A stretch of 64,000 nucleotides of DNA from an uncultured Verrucomicrobiae bacterium (lineage in GTDB: Bacteria; Verrucomicrobiota; Verrucomicrobiia; Limisphaerales; Palsa-1400), in contig OY969763.1 in NCBI GenBank assembly GCA_963702845.1, positions 4,768,001-4,832,000 on the forward strand, read 5' to 3'. The notes beneath the pieces are model-generated. The model saw only the letters and a program-made list of their open reading frames with translations. It did no database searches and was not told the DNA's origin. Position 1 is the first letter of the stretch, and every line of letters starts with the position of its first letter. Position numbers and translations under genes: made by a program. Positions 43,235 to 52,845 of this stretch are shown here, piece after piece.

Positions 43235-44381
43235 ATGTTCGAAAACATCAAAGCGCAGACCGCCGCCGCCGCTGACAAGCTCGCGCATTTACGGAGGTTT
43301 CTTTGAAGTCCCCAGCGTGCAAAAGCGCCTCGGCGAACTCGACGCCTTGATGGCCCAGGACACCTTCTGGAATAACCGCGAAAAAGCGCAGGGGCTGATC
43401 GACGAGGCCAATGTGCTTCGTAAAAAAATCGACCCCTTGGTCAAAGCCGAACGGCAAGTCGAGGATTTCAAGGTCATGACCGAATTGGCCGAGGCCGAAC
43501 CGGAGTCCGAACAGGCCAAATACGAGCAGCAGATGGACCGTGAAGTGGCGGGCTTTCTCAAAGAGCTTGATAAGCTGGAACTGAAAGTTTTCCTGACCGG
43601 GCCGCACGATAAGAATAATTGCATCTTGAGCATCAACGCCGGCGCAGGCGGCACCGAAGCGTGCGATTGGGCCGATATCCTGTTGCGCATGTATCAACGC
43701 TGGTGCGAATTGCGCGGCTGGAAAACCGACGTCACGGATTTGCTAACCGGCGAAACCGCCGGTGTGAAGAGCGCGACGATGTTGGTGGAAGGCGAGTCTG
43801 CATACGGCTTTTGCAAAGCGGAACGCGGTGTCCATCGACTCGTGCGCATTTCGCCGTTCGATTCGAACAAGCGTCGGCACACCAGTTTCGCGAGCGTTGA
43901 TTGCATCGCGGAAATTGAAGAGACCAGTTCGGACATTGTCATTCCGCCTGGCGATTTGCACGTCGACACCTATCGCTCTGGCGGCAAAGGCGGCCAGAAC
44001 GTGAACAAGGTTGAAACAGCCGTCCGCATCACGCACTTGCCGACGGGCATTGTGGCGGCGTCGCAGACGCAACGGTCGCAGCACCAGAATCGCGCGACGG
44101 CCATGCGCATGGTGATTTCGAAGTTGTACGCCAAACGGCTCGACGAACAAAAAGCCGACATGGAACGGTTTTACGGCGAAAAAGGCGCGATCGGCTGGGG
44201 ACATCAGATTCGCACTTACGTGTTTCAGCCGTATCGAATGGTGAAAGATTTGCGGACCGGCGTTGAAACCAGCAACGTCCAGGGCGTGATTGATGGCGAC
44301 CTGGATCCGTTTGTCAATGCGTGGTTGCGCGCCGGTTGTCCGACCAAACGAATGGCCGGCGTGAAGGACGAGGAAGAATGA
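43235..44381 (+). CDS. prfB: Peptide chain release factor 2 (programmed +1 frameshift)
   Basis: ATG 43235 gives [23 protein letters not shown] then CTT-TGA; the +1 frame carries SPF and GGQ motifs. Confidence 0.97.
43293..43307 (+). promoter_or_regulatory. prfB ribosomal frameshift cassette
   Basis: GGAGG-TTT-CTT-TGA-A: internal SD 3 nt before the slippery CTT TGA. Confidence 0.95.
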
Positions 44382-45175
44382 ACATTCTCGACCAAATCGT
44401 CGCGCACAAACGCACTGAAGTAGCGCGCTTGCCGCAGATGAAAGTCACCGGGGCGAGCTTGCGTGCGGCTTTGGATAAACGCGGTCGACGCGATTTTTTT
44501 GCCGCGCTGCAAAAGCCGCGCTGTGGAACGGTCGGCCTAATTGCTGAAGTCAAAAAAGCTTCACCATCGGCTGGCGTGATTTGTCCGAACTTTGATGCGG
44601 TTCGCATTGCTAAAGAATACGAAGCAGCAGGTGCATCGTGTCTTTCGGTGCTGACGGATGAGAAATTTTTCCAGGGCTCACTCGAGTATCTGAAACAAAT
44701 CCGTGCGGCGGTGAATCTGCCGTTGTTGCGCAAAGATTTCGTGGTGGACGAACGGCAAATTGCCGAAGCGATCGAATGGGGTGCAGATGCGGTGTTGTTG
44801 ATTGTGGCGTGTTTGTCCGACGCGGAGCTGAAGCACTTCCACGATTTGGCCACAGAAGCAGGGCTGACCGCGCTGGTTGAGGTTCATGATGAAGCGGAAC
44901 TGGACCGCGCACTTGCTATCAACGTGCGATTGGTCGGGGTGAATAATCGAAACCTCAAAACTTTGGCGATTGATTTGGCGACGACGGAACGGCTCGCCAC
45001 GAAATTATTTGCGACCAGAAAAGACGCGTTGCTCGTCGCAGAAAGCGGACTGAAGACGCGGGCCGACATCGAGCGCGTTGAGCGTGCCGGAGCAAAAGCG
45101 ATTCTTGTCGGTGAGTCGTTGATTAAAGATCCGGCGACGATGCGCCAAAAGATCGCCGGACTGCTCGGGATTTAG
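44378..45175 (+). CDS. trpC: Indole-3-glycerol phosphate synthase
   Basis: [36 protein letters not shown]. Confidence 0.96.
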   Translation: MNILDQIVAHKRTEVARLPQMKVTGASLRAALDKRGRRDFFAALQKPRCGTVGLIAEVKKASPSAGVICPNFDAVRIAKEYEAAGASCLSVLTDEKFFQGSLEYLKQIRAAVNLPLLRKDFVVDERQIAEAIEWGADAVLLIVACLSDAELKHFHDLATEAGLTALVEVHDEAELDRALAINVRLVGVNNRNLKTLAIDLATTERLATKLFATRKDALLVAESGLKTRADIERVERAGAKAILVGESLIKDPATMRQKIAGLLGI

Positions 45176-46560
45176 TTCTTTTTTGCGACCTGCTGTTTGG
45201 CAGTAACATCGCGTTGTGCGTCGAGCTTGTCCAACTCGAGACACACGTTTTTCTTGTGGGAAGCGACGCGAGCCATGTGTGGACCGCGGAAAATCTTTGG
45301 ACCACGATCGCGCTCATGCAGGTAATTCTGCAAGGTCGTGATATAGCCCAAAACAATTTTGTTCAACTCCGGTGCGCAATGCCATCGTAGCAACTGCAAT
45401 CCGCCGAGCGTTCGGCCAATCGCCTCCGTTTCAGCAGCGGGTTCCCAATGTTGGATGACTTCCTGCAACGTGATTTCCGCAGCGGCCGGCATACGATCCG
45501 CGGTCACGTGGACTTCGACCGGGACATCGAGCAAGTCTTGCAAACGCTTGCGCGATTCTTCCATGGTCCATTTTTCCGTCGCCTGACTACCGGCAAAACT
45601 GACGCAGGTAAGCGCCCACCATTTCTCGACGTCGAGGAGTTTTTGGAAATGCGGGCGGAAAGCAGCCAGGAATGTGAACTGCCAGTTCTGATAAGCCGGC
45701 AGTGCCAGAATCATGTTTTGCAACTCGGCGCGACCGCGTCTGAGGTGTAATAGTTGGTGAACAAGCAACTGCGCGCTGTCGCGATAAATCCCAGCACTAC
45801 GACCGCCCGCATTCTCTTCGTCTGGCCAGCTCAGCGATTGAAACGAGAGCGCCTGTTCATGACGCAAATGTTCGCGCACGAGATCCAGCGCATCGAGTTT
45901 GATGCGATTGCCAAGCAGCGTGACTTTTTCCTGAACCAGAAAGGTCGGCAGGTTAAACGCACGCAGATGAGCGGTCATACCTTCAACGAGCCAAAGGGGA
46001 ACTTCGGCCAATTCGCAGTTGGAATTGCGATTGGCCATCTCGAGCAGGAGAACGTGGACGAGCGAGCGCAGGAGGCGGTCAGGCTTTGCTTTTTTTGGAA
46101 GCTCCAATTCGTACATCCAACCGTCGCGGTGAAGTGTTGCAATGAGGAACGGTTCCTCTCCTTCTGGCAGGGCCGAGTTAATGGCGATTTCAATGCGACC
46201 GCGCCATGCGTCGCCCGCGCCCAACTCGAATAACAGCGCGTCCTTCAAACGTTCGCAACCGATGGCCAGTAAAGCGGGGTCGACCTCGACAAATTCGACG
46301 CTGGAAGTAGCCCGGCGCGGCGGTGGCTGGAGTGCCAAAGCCCACGTGCCGGCGAGCGGAATTTTCGTCGAGTCAGCCGGTCGTGCGATACTGCGTTGCA
46401 TCATCGCGCAGACCGTGAACTGACCTGACCGGCTTTTGCTGTTCCGGACTTTTTGCAGTGCTTCCTGAAGTTCTTTTAGGTTGCCGACATTGGGAGCACC
46501 TTGGGCGAAAGCAGAACCGACGACACAGCAGGCGGTAATTAGTATCGTCAGGAATTTCAT
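45172..46560 (-). CDS. Secreted hypothetical protein, degenerate peptidase-MA-like
   Basis: Signal peptide; LVHVLL...PLWLVEG...IYRDSAQLLV resembles a gluzincin scaffold lacking HExxH. Confidence 0.6.
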   Translation of the reverse strand: MKFLTILITACCVVGSAFAQGAPNVGNLKELQEALQKVRNSKSRSGQFTVCAMMQRSIARPADSTKIPLAGTWALALQPPPRRATSSVEFVEVDPALLAIGCERLKDALLFELGAGDAWRGRIEIAINSALPEGEEPFLIATLHRDGWMYELELPKKAKPDRLLRSLVHVLLLEMANRNSNCELAEVPLWLVEGMTAHLRAFNLPTFLVQEKVTLLGNRIKLDALDLVREHLRHEQALSFQSLSWPDEENAGGRSAGIYRDSAQLLVHQLLHLRRGRAELQNMILALPAYQNWQFTFLAAFRPHFQKLLDVEKWWALTCVSFAGSQATEKWTMEESRKRLQDLLDVPVEVHVTADRMPAAAEITLQEVIQHWEPAAETEAIGRTLGGLQLLRWHCAPELNKIVLGYITTLQNYLHERDRGPKIFRGPHMARVASHKKNVCLELDKLDAQRDVTAKQQVAKKN

Positions 46561-46615
46561 GTAACAACCTTGGCAAGAGTATAGGTTGAACGGGGTGGTT
46601 GAAACAAGGTTAGAC

Positions 46616-46643
46616 AAAAAGCCCGCTGTTTCCAGCGGGCTTT
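46616..46643 (-). terminator. Rho-independent terminator of the original tRNA gene
   Basis: Minus strand AAAGCCCGCTG-GAAA-CAGCGGGCTTTTT just 3' of the tRNA fragment. Confidence 0.85.
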
Positions 46644-46647
46644 CAAT

Positions 46648-46697
46648 TGGTTGCGGGGCTGGGATTTGAACCCAGGACCTTCAGGTTATGAGCCTGA
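46648..46697 (-). tRNA. 3' half of initiator-type tRNA-Met(CAT); att-site duplicate, not a complete gene
   Basis: Minus strand TCAGG-CTCATAA-CCTGA AGGTC CTGGG-TTCAAAT-CCCAG CCCCGCAACCA; no D-arm or 5' acceptor strand upstream. Confidence 0.9.
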
Positions 46698-46859
46698 ATT
46701 TAAAACGCGGTTTTGTTGACTTTCCTAGCTATTTAGCTGTTTTTGGTGCGATGTGTTTGTGGATTTGTTTGTTTTTTGCTTGCTGGTGTTCGCCTTTTTT
46801 CTGTATGGTTGTCAGCGTTACAAACGTAACGGGAAAACCAAATACACAGGAAAAAAGCT

Positions 46860-48290
46860 ATGCCTCTGGAATTTCGAAAGCAACGTGACGGTACTTTGCG
46901 CGATGTCTGGTTCGGTGCCTTTGAAGTGAACGGCAAACGTTCCGCCGTCAATCTCGGGGTGAAGATCGCGGGCGTTCCCCCACCCTCTCTCTCGCTCAAG
47001 GATCGGGGCGATACGGACTTTGAAGTGTCGCGCGCTAATGCGCTGTCGAAGTTGAATGGCATCGTGGATGAGGCGCGGTCGCAGCGCTCTTCGGAGCGGC
47101 TGGTGGAGAAGCTGTATGAGATTAAGACAGGCGAGCAGATTAAGTCGGTAAAGCTTTCGGACCTGGGCGCTGAGTGGGAGAAGATTCCGCGCAGGCGCAA
47201 ACCGGATGACCGCTACGCTTCGCAATGCAAGTCGCGGCTGGAGAAGTTTGCGACGTTCATTCGTGCGGAGAACTCCAAGGCTGACGAGATCGCGCATGTG
47301 ACGCGGACGACGGCGCGGGCGTTCCTGGATTCGGAAACCAAGCGCGGCGTCACAGCTAAGACGTGGAATGATTCGCTAGTGCTGCTGCGGGCGACGTTCC
47401 AACAGCTTATGCCGGCGGGGAGCATCAATCCGTTTTCCGGTATTCCAACGAAGGAGATTGAAACGGTTTTTCGCAAGCCGTTCACGCCGGAAGAACTCAA
47501 GGCGATCCTAAAGGCGGCCAAGGGCGATAAGTTTATCCGGCCGATTATCATTGCTGGCGTTTGCACGGCGATGCGGCGCGGCGATTGTTGTTTGCTGAAA
47601 GGGTCGGATGTGGATTTGAAAAACCGATTCATTTCGGTGAAAACGGCGAAGACGGGTGAGACGGTGAGCATTCCGATTTTTCCGGCGCTCTACGACGTTC
47701 TGAAGAAAGCGCTAAAGACCATCAAGGATCAGGCTGGATTCGTTTTCCCAAAGCAGGCGGCGATGTATACAGAGAATCCCGACGGCATTACGTGGCGGGT
47801 GCGCAAGGTTCTCGCCCTAGCTGGATTTAAGGACACGGAGAATGAAGATGAAGGGAAGGCAGAGACTGAGGATGAAAAGCCCGGTATTGGCAAGCTGGTG
47901 AAGGTGAACGGGGCTTTGGATGTGGCCAAGACAAACGGAAACGGCGCGGTGCATCGGGGCGAGATTCATGCGGAGCGCAATGGCGGGCTGCGTCGGGCAT
48001 CAGTGCGCGACTTCCATAGCTTCCGTGTGACGTGGGTCACGCTGGCGCTCACTGCGGGTGTGCCGCTGGAGCTAGTGCAAAAGGTGACAGGGCACAAAAC
48101 GACGGACATTGTTTTGAAACATTACTTTCAGCCAGGGCGCGAGGATTTCCGGAAGGCGTTGCAATCGGCGATGCCGAAGCTGCTGACGAATGGGAAGAAG
48201 TCGCCGAAAGAGAAGTTGCGCGAGTTGATCAACAAGTCAAAGGAAGAGGAGCTTAAAAAACAAATGTTGGCGGAGTGGGAGAAGCTGTAA
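46860..48290 (+). CDS. int: Tyrosine recombinase/integrase
   Basis: TAMRRGD (R), KT (K), FHSFR (HxxR), TGH, HY catalytic set. Confidence 0.95.
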   Translation: MPLEFRKQRDGTLRDVWFGAFEVNGKRSAVNLGVKIAGVPPPSLSLKDRGDTDFEVSRANALSKLNGIVDEARSQRSSERLVEKLYEIKTGEQIKSVKLSDLGAEWEKIPRRRKPDDRYASQCKSRLEKFATFIRAENSKADEIAHVTRTTARAFLDSETKRGVTAKTWNDSLVLLRATFQQLMPAGSINPFSGIPTKEIETVFRKPFTPEELKAILKAAKGDKFIRPIIIAGVCTAMRRGDCCLLKGSDVDLKNRFISVKTAKTGETVSIPIFPALYDVLKKALKTIKDQAGFVFPKQAAMYTENPDGITWRVRKVLALAGFKDTENEDEGKAETEDEKPGIGKLVKVNGALDVAKTNGNGAVHRGEIHAERNGGLRRASVRDFHSFRVTWVTLALTAGVPLELVQKVTGHKTTDIVLKHYFQPGREDFRKALQSAMPKLLTNGKKSPKEKLRELINKSKEEELKKQMLAEWEKL

Positions 48291-48414
48291 GAAGCCTTAG
48301 CCGCGTTGCCGGCGCTAAAGGCTAGTTGTGCTGCCGGCGCGGGGGAACTGGATGGCTTTGGAATTGCAAAACGGAGTTGTCAAAATAACATTCGCGTGTC
48401 CCGAAACAAATGAT

Positions 48415-48756
48415 ATGAAAAAGCTGCTGCTGTTTTTCCTTGTACTCTGCACCGCTTGTGCTTCAACCAATACCGTAGTTTTCGATTCCACCAAACGGCA
48501 GCCAAAGCAGAACGTGGACGTCCTGCCAGCAAATTCAACCCTGCCGAAATATAAGATTGTTGCGGCGTTTACAATGGACGGTCCTCTGGAAAATCAACTC
48601 AAAGCGACAAAATCCTTTTTAGATCAGACAAAGGCCTTGGGCGCGGATGCTCTCATATTGTCAGACCCTGACAATGGAGGGAGCAGAGGAACACCGGGAT
48701 TCGGAACATATCAGAATTGGGTGTTTAAAGGCACTGCGGTGGTTTACGAGAAGTAG
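48415..48756 (+). CDS. Lipoprotein
   Basis: MKKLLLFFLVLCTAC lipobox; KALGADALI...KGTAVVY pattern. Confidence 0.75.
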   Translation: MKKLLLFFLVLCTACASTNTVVFDSTKRQPKQNVDVLPANSTLPKYKIVAAFTMDGPLENQLKATKSFLDQTKALGADALILSDPDNGGSRGTPGFGTYQNWVFKGTAVVYEK

Positions 48757-48774
48757 CAATTTGGTGCCTCACGT

Positions 48775-49140
48775 ATGGCATTCGTTCTCATAGCACTCAT
48801 TGCGATGTATCCAGGCAGACGCCTTGGCTGGATGCTCTCCCGAGCTGTTTTGTATTCAGCGCCATCGGCCGTGGTCATCGTCGCGTGCATTATTTGGGGC
48901 GCGCTGATTGCATATCTGATTCACCTTCTTATTGGCTGGCAGCACCCGCACTGGATTCTGAAGAACATTTTCGGTTTTGCGTTGGGAGCTTACGTGTCCG
49001 TTCCGAATTACGGTCTGGTTGCAGAGTCCACAATCCCGCCGGAAGGCATCAAGAGGCATGAGTTGATCTCTCAACTCCCCATGTGGATTTTTATTCTATC
49101 ATCCGTTGGCTTTGCGTATTTGGCTCCTGCGCATTCTTGA
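48775..49140 (+). CDS. Four-TM membrane protein of unknown function
   Basis: 121 aa, mostly hydrophobic, 19 nt after the lipoprotein gene. Confidence 0.65.
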   Translation: MAFVLIALIAMYPGRRLGWMLSRAVLYSAPSAVVIVACIIWGALIAYLIHLLIGWQHPHWILKNIFGFALGAYVSVPNYGLVAESTIPPEGIKRHELISQLPMWIFILSSVGFAYLAPAHS

Positions 49141-49167
49141 GGTCCGTTCTCGCTTTATTATCGAAGC

Positions 49168-49504
49168 CCCCAACAACTAGCCCGGCCGGCAATGAGGACA
49201 GGTTTTGTGGTTAGCTTCTCCGAGGATTTATGTCGGTACAGAAAAAGACCGATGGCGCGTCAGTTGTGCGTTACTCGGGATTGCCCAGATTCCAAGTTAG
49301 CGACGGAACGGATCGCTTGCACGGTTGCCCAGCCTCGCCATCGGTAGCCGCGGCGATGCTCACACCAGCACGAAACGTTGTCCAGAAAGCCAATGTAGAT
49401 TTTGTGTTACGGGAATGTGACATTGATGTGACCCGTGGCTCAATGCGGTCGTTGCGTTTGTTAGCGGATTCCCCAACAACTAGCCGGTCCGGCAATGAGG
49501 ACAG
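49168..49504 (+). repeat. 34-bp direct repeat pair (32/34 identical)
   Basis: CCCCAACAACTAGCC(CGG/GGT)CCGGCAATGAGGACAG at 49168-49201 and 49471-49504. Confidence 0.9.
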
Positions 49505-49516
49505 AATCTGAACAGA

Positions 49517-50601
49517 TTAATTTTGCCAGACGAAGCGGCGTTTTAGGTCATTCAGTTGGTTAAATCGTATGACTTTGTCGTGCTGGAGCCGACCAACAAC
49601 GATTCCGGGTGCTATCTGCAGACCCGCGGCAAATTGCGTGACCGCACGCGCAGTAAAATCCCGACGTGTCACAAATGACGTGTACTTCTCTTGAGGAATC
49701 AGGAACTCAGCGGCGAATTTGTTCGCGTCAGCTTCGGTATCGTCTCCATCCTTTAAGCCTTCGACGAACACCGTGTTTTTAACTTCCTGCAGGACATGAC
49801 GGCCTTCGTGAAAAACGGTAAACCAGAAGTGATCGTCGGATTTGTAAAGGAGGCTCACCTGAACGATTGCCTTGTCTTTCGTCAGCCAATAGGTAGCGCC
49901 GCTAACCTTTAATTTTTTTAGCTCCGGTGTGAAAACGAGTGCCACGCCTGCTTCGGCACAGAGCTGCCGCATTTGCGGTTGAAATTCGGCGGCAGACTTC
50001 GTTGTGAGCGAACGAATCTGATCAAGTGCCGATTTGAAGGCATCCGCGTTGAAAGGCTTTGTCTCAATTTTCTGAGCGTCCAACTCGCCCTTGCGCAACC
50101 AAGCCGAAACTATACCGAGCTCGTTGGCGGCGAGTTTCGATTTTCGGAATGAGACAGAAACTTTCTCCCAATAAGTCTGCCAGTTGGCAGGCGAGGAAAC
50201 CCCATAATACGAGAGGGCATTGTGTACAGAACCTGCGAGGGTGTTTGACGCGTCAACCCAACCCTTTTGAACCATTTCCTTATATGGCAAGCGCTTCAAC
50301 CATTCGACTTCTGAAGCGAATTGGGTTTCCTGTGCCTTGCGAGCAAGGAACTCTTGATAGTTCGCGTCAAGGTTTAGCCAGAATGCTGCCGGAGTGCCTA
50401 AGGCGAGTTCAAGCTTTACCGCTGTTTCGGCAGTAATTGGGGCAACGCCTTGGATGATTTGGTTCACCGTTTTCCGGCTTAAGCCGACGCGGTCAGCTAG
50501 ATCCATCTGGGTCATGCCAAGGCACTCGAGCGTTTCCGCCAAGGTGTCCCCTGGGGGGTCCGGTCTTGCGGGTCGTATCGAATTGGTGCGTTCTTAGCCA
50601 T
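49517..50601 (-). CDS. higA: HigA-family HTH antitoxin fused to ImmA/IrrE metallopeptidase; apparent frameshift in G-run 50553-50558
   Basis: MTQMDLADRVGLSRKTVNQII...AFWLNL, FHEGRH (HExxH), EADANKFA; one extra C restores MAKNAPIRYDPQDRTPPGDTL from ATG 50601. Confidence 0.88.
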
Positions 50602-50932
50602 GATAGTCAGTTATTTCGTTGATCATTACCGCTGTAACTTTCGACCAATCGAGTCCACCGTCGTCTTTACGTGGTATGGGGTCGTTGGCGGGCTCGAACA
50701 GCAAACGGTAGGGATGATCTAGGTCTACAGCCAACTGGCCTTTCAAATTGCCACTTAGCTCGTGACAACGTGGGCCAGGTATTTTCCGAATCATCTCCAA
50801 GTTCGTTAGCGCCACAAACTCGTCTAGTCTGCGGCGGAGCAGCTTGCCTCGCCTGTCTCCCCATTCCCGCTTCGCATCGTCCAGAGTTTCACAATGCTTA
50901 GCGAATTTCGATTTGCGAAAATATATATCCAC
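50594..50932 (-). CDS. higB: HigB/RelE-like toxin
   Basis: RCHELSGNLKGQLAVDLDHPYRLLF...EITDYH; overlaps higA start. Confidence 0.88.
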   Translation of the reverse strand: MDIYFRKSKFAKHCETLDDAKREWGDRRGKLLRRRLDEFVALTNLEMIRKIPGPRCHELSGNLKGQLAVDLDHPYRLLFEPANDPIPRKDDGGLDWSKVTAVMINEITDYHG

Positions 50933-51104
50933 AAGATGCGGTATTCAACAAATTTGTTTACCTATTTGGTTACACATTTTTTTGCGCCGATGTGCGTGCT
51001 TAGAGCTCCTAGTGGACGAGCCTAAAATGTTTCGCGCTCGAGTCAACAGCGCACGTCACGGCCGATACTTATTTGCTGCCACCCACGGTGCGTTGCAATT
51101 GTCG

Positions 51105-51767
51105 TTATTCTGCCGTCGGTGGGTTTGGCTTTTGGTTGAGTGACCTTTGGACGGCTTCCTTAGCGCGTTTCATCTGCGCCTTATATTCGGGCGATTGCAA
51201 AATAGCGTTAAATTTTGCAAGCTTCTCCGCCGCTTCGGGGTCAACCGGAGGTACAATTCTTGAAAATTCGGACGACACCGTTCGAAGTTTTTCCTCATTC
51301 GGGAGGCCGTCGAATCTATAGAATTTGGTGTAGTCGTTTGTATAAACGAGATAGTGGAGCTTTATGGCTGCAGTTGGGATTGGGCCAACGTGGCAGACTT
51401 CCACGTATGGAATAACGTTTCCTTTGGTCCCGATTTTGTTGTCTGGATAGGGAATCAACTTCCCCGGCAGCTTATCGCGATCGAGTCCAAGGATTACTGT
51501 CATTGGGTTCGCACGACCGAGGAACTGGGTCCATTTTACTGACTCTCCGATGATAAGGTTTTCAGGTTCTGATTGAAAATCGAAGAGAGAGACAGCACGC
51601 AGTTCTTGGCAAGCGTAGCATCCGCCCAATTTGCTCCTTCCGTTATTGGGTTTGATAAAACCGTCGGTGCGGATTTGTCGGTATTCTTCCGGGCTAGTGC
51701 AATGCCACAGGTTGGAGCACCGTAGCTGTCGAAACAATGGGTGAGTTGATTCTAGCTCGCACCTCAT
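51105..51767 (-). CDS. Putative ADP-ribosyltransferase-fold protein
   Basis: LWHCTS...QIRTDGFIKP...AVSLFD...EVCHVGPIPTAAI; ATGA-coupled to the upstream gene. Confidence 0.6.
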   Translation of the reverse strand: MRCELESTHPLFRQLRCSNLWHCTSPEEYRQIRTDGFIKPNNGRSKLGGCYACQELRAVSLFDFQSEPENLIIGESVKWTQFLGRANPMTVILGLDRDKLPGKLIPYPDNKIGTKGNVIPYVEVCHVGPIPTAAIKLHYLVYTNDYTKFYRFDGLPNEEKLRTVSSEFSRIVPPVDPEAAEKLAKFNAILQSPEYKAQMKRAKEAVQRSLNQKPNPPTAE

Positions 51768-52455
51768 TTTCGTAAAGCGTCGAGGGGGACCCAGTCGCCG
51801 GGGGCGCGTTGGTATTGCCAAAATTGCCAACCGTTGCACGTTCGACGCTTGTATGCGTGGGCTCCTGCAAGCGATGGGGACGTGAAGTGCTTTCCGTCAT
51901 ACCAATCAGCCCAGTCTTGCGCACGTAAGCTCTGTGCGTTTTGCCCTTGTGCCGCGCGCGGATTGTCATGGCACCACTTATGTAGTCGGCAAGGATGGGT
52001 TTTCGCCCGTCGGTTTCGACTGCTTTGACCGGACGCGGCGCACGTTTTGACGTCGTGCCCATTAGTTCCTGCATTTCCAATTCCCATGAAGATTTGACGT
52101 CGCCTTTGAATTTGCGATGGAGGTCTTCAGATTTGGCGAACTTGCCCTTCTGCAAGTTGCCTTTGGTTGTAATGATGCGCAGCAGCAATGCTTCAAGTTC
52201 TCGGAGGTGACTGTCGCCGATGGTGAAGTAAACGCTAAAGCGGTCCCACGATTGGCCGTGTCGATCTTTGAGATGGTGGCCTAACCGTGAACGCAGATTT
52301 GAAGCCAATCCGACGTAATAGAGTTTGTCGCGGCGGTAGAGGGCGTAAACACCGTGGCGTTTGCGGACGTAATCGCGGATGATGTGTTGGTATTTTTCCA
52401 ACCCATTGCGCGAGATGTTTTCAAGATGCTGGCAAACGAGAGGCGTCCGTTTCAT
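51764..52455 (-). CDS. GIY-YIG nuclease fused to RAMA (DUF4357-like) domain; apparent frameshift near 51905
   Basis: GVYALY...LYYVGLASNLRSRL..H...ELEALL; C-terminus YDGKHFTSPSLAG...NGWQFW in the adjacent frame. Confidence 0.8.
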
Positions 52456-52845
52456 AGTTGTCCGTGGTCCGAAGCGAGGTTGCGAGAACAGCCTTAAAAA
52501 CACCAGAGGAATTGCGCGCGAACGCCAGATGCTATGACACGAAAGAAGTTGGTTGCGTTCCCGATTATGTGGAACTACAGCGCCACGTCCACTCCAATCG
52601 TTCTCGCTGAAAACAGTCGCCGAAACTGCGAAATGGTGTGCAAGGAGCACAATCGGGAGAAAGGAGGAAATAGAGGCTTGGAAGTTGCAGCAAAAAAGCG
52701 GCGGTGAATAACTTTTGACTCGGAAAGTGGTTTTGTTTACACCGTTGTCTCAAGCCAACCGAAAAGCCCCTGTGGGAGCGTTTTCTCACGCCAGCGGGTG
52801 ACGGGTGGATGCGTATCAACCATAACGCAACAGAAGGAAAAAAGC

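Noticed and set aside
46648..46725. Complete tRNA-Met gene
   Set aside because: Sequence beyond 46697 cannot form a D-arm or 5' acceptor strand; only the 3' 50 nt are present
49168..49504. CRISPR array
   Set aside because: Only two repeats, a 269-bp spacer and no cas genes in the window
51030..51110. Integron attC site after the ART-like gene
   Set aside because: Some dyad symmetry, but no convincing RYYYAAC/GTTRRRY box pairing and no evidence the integrase is IntI-type
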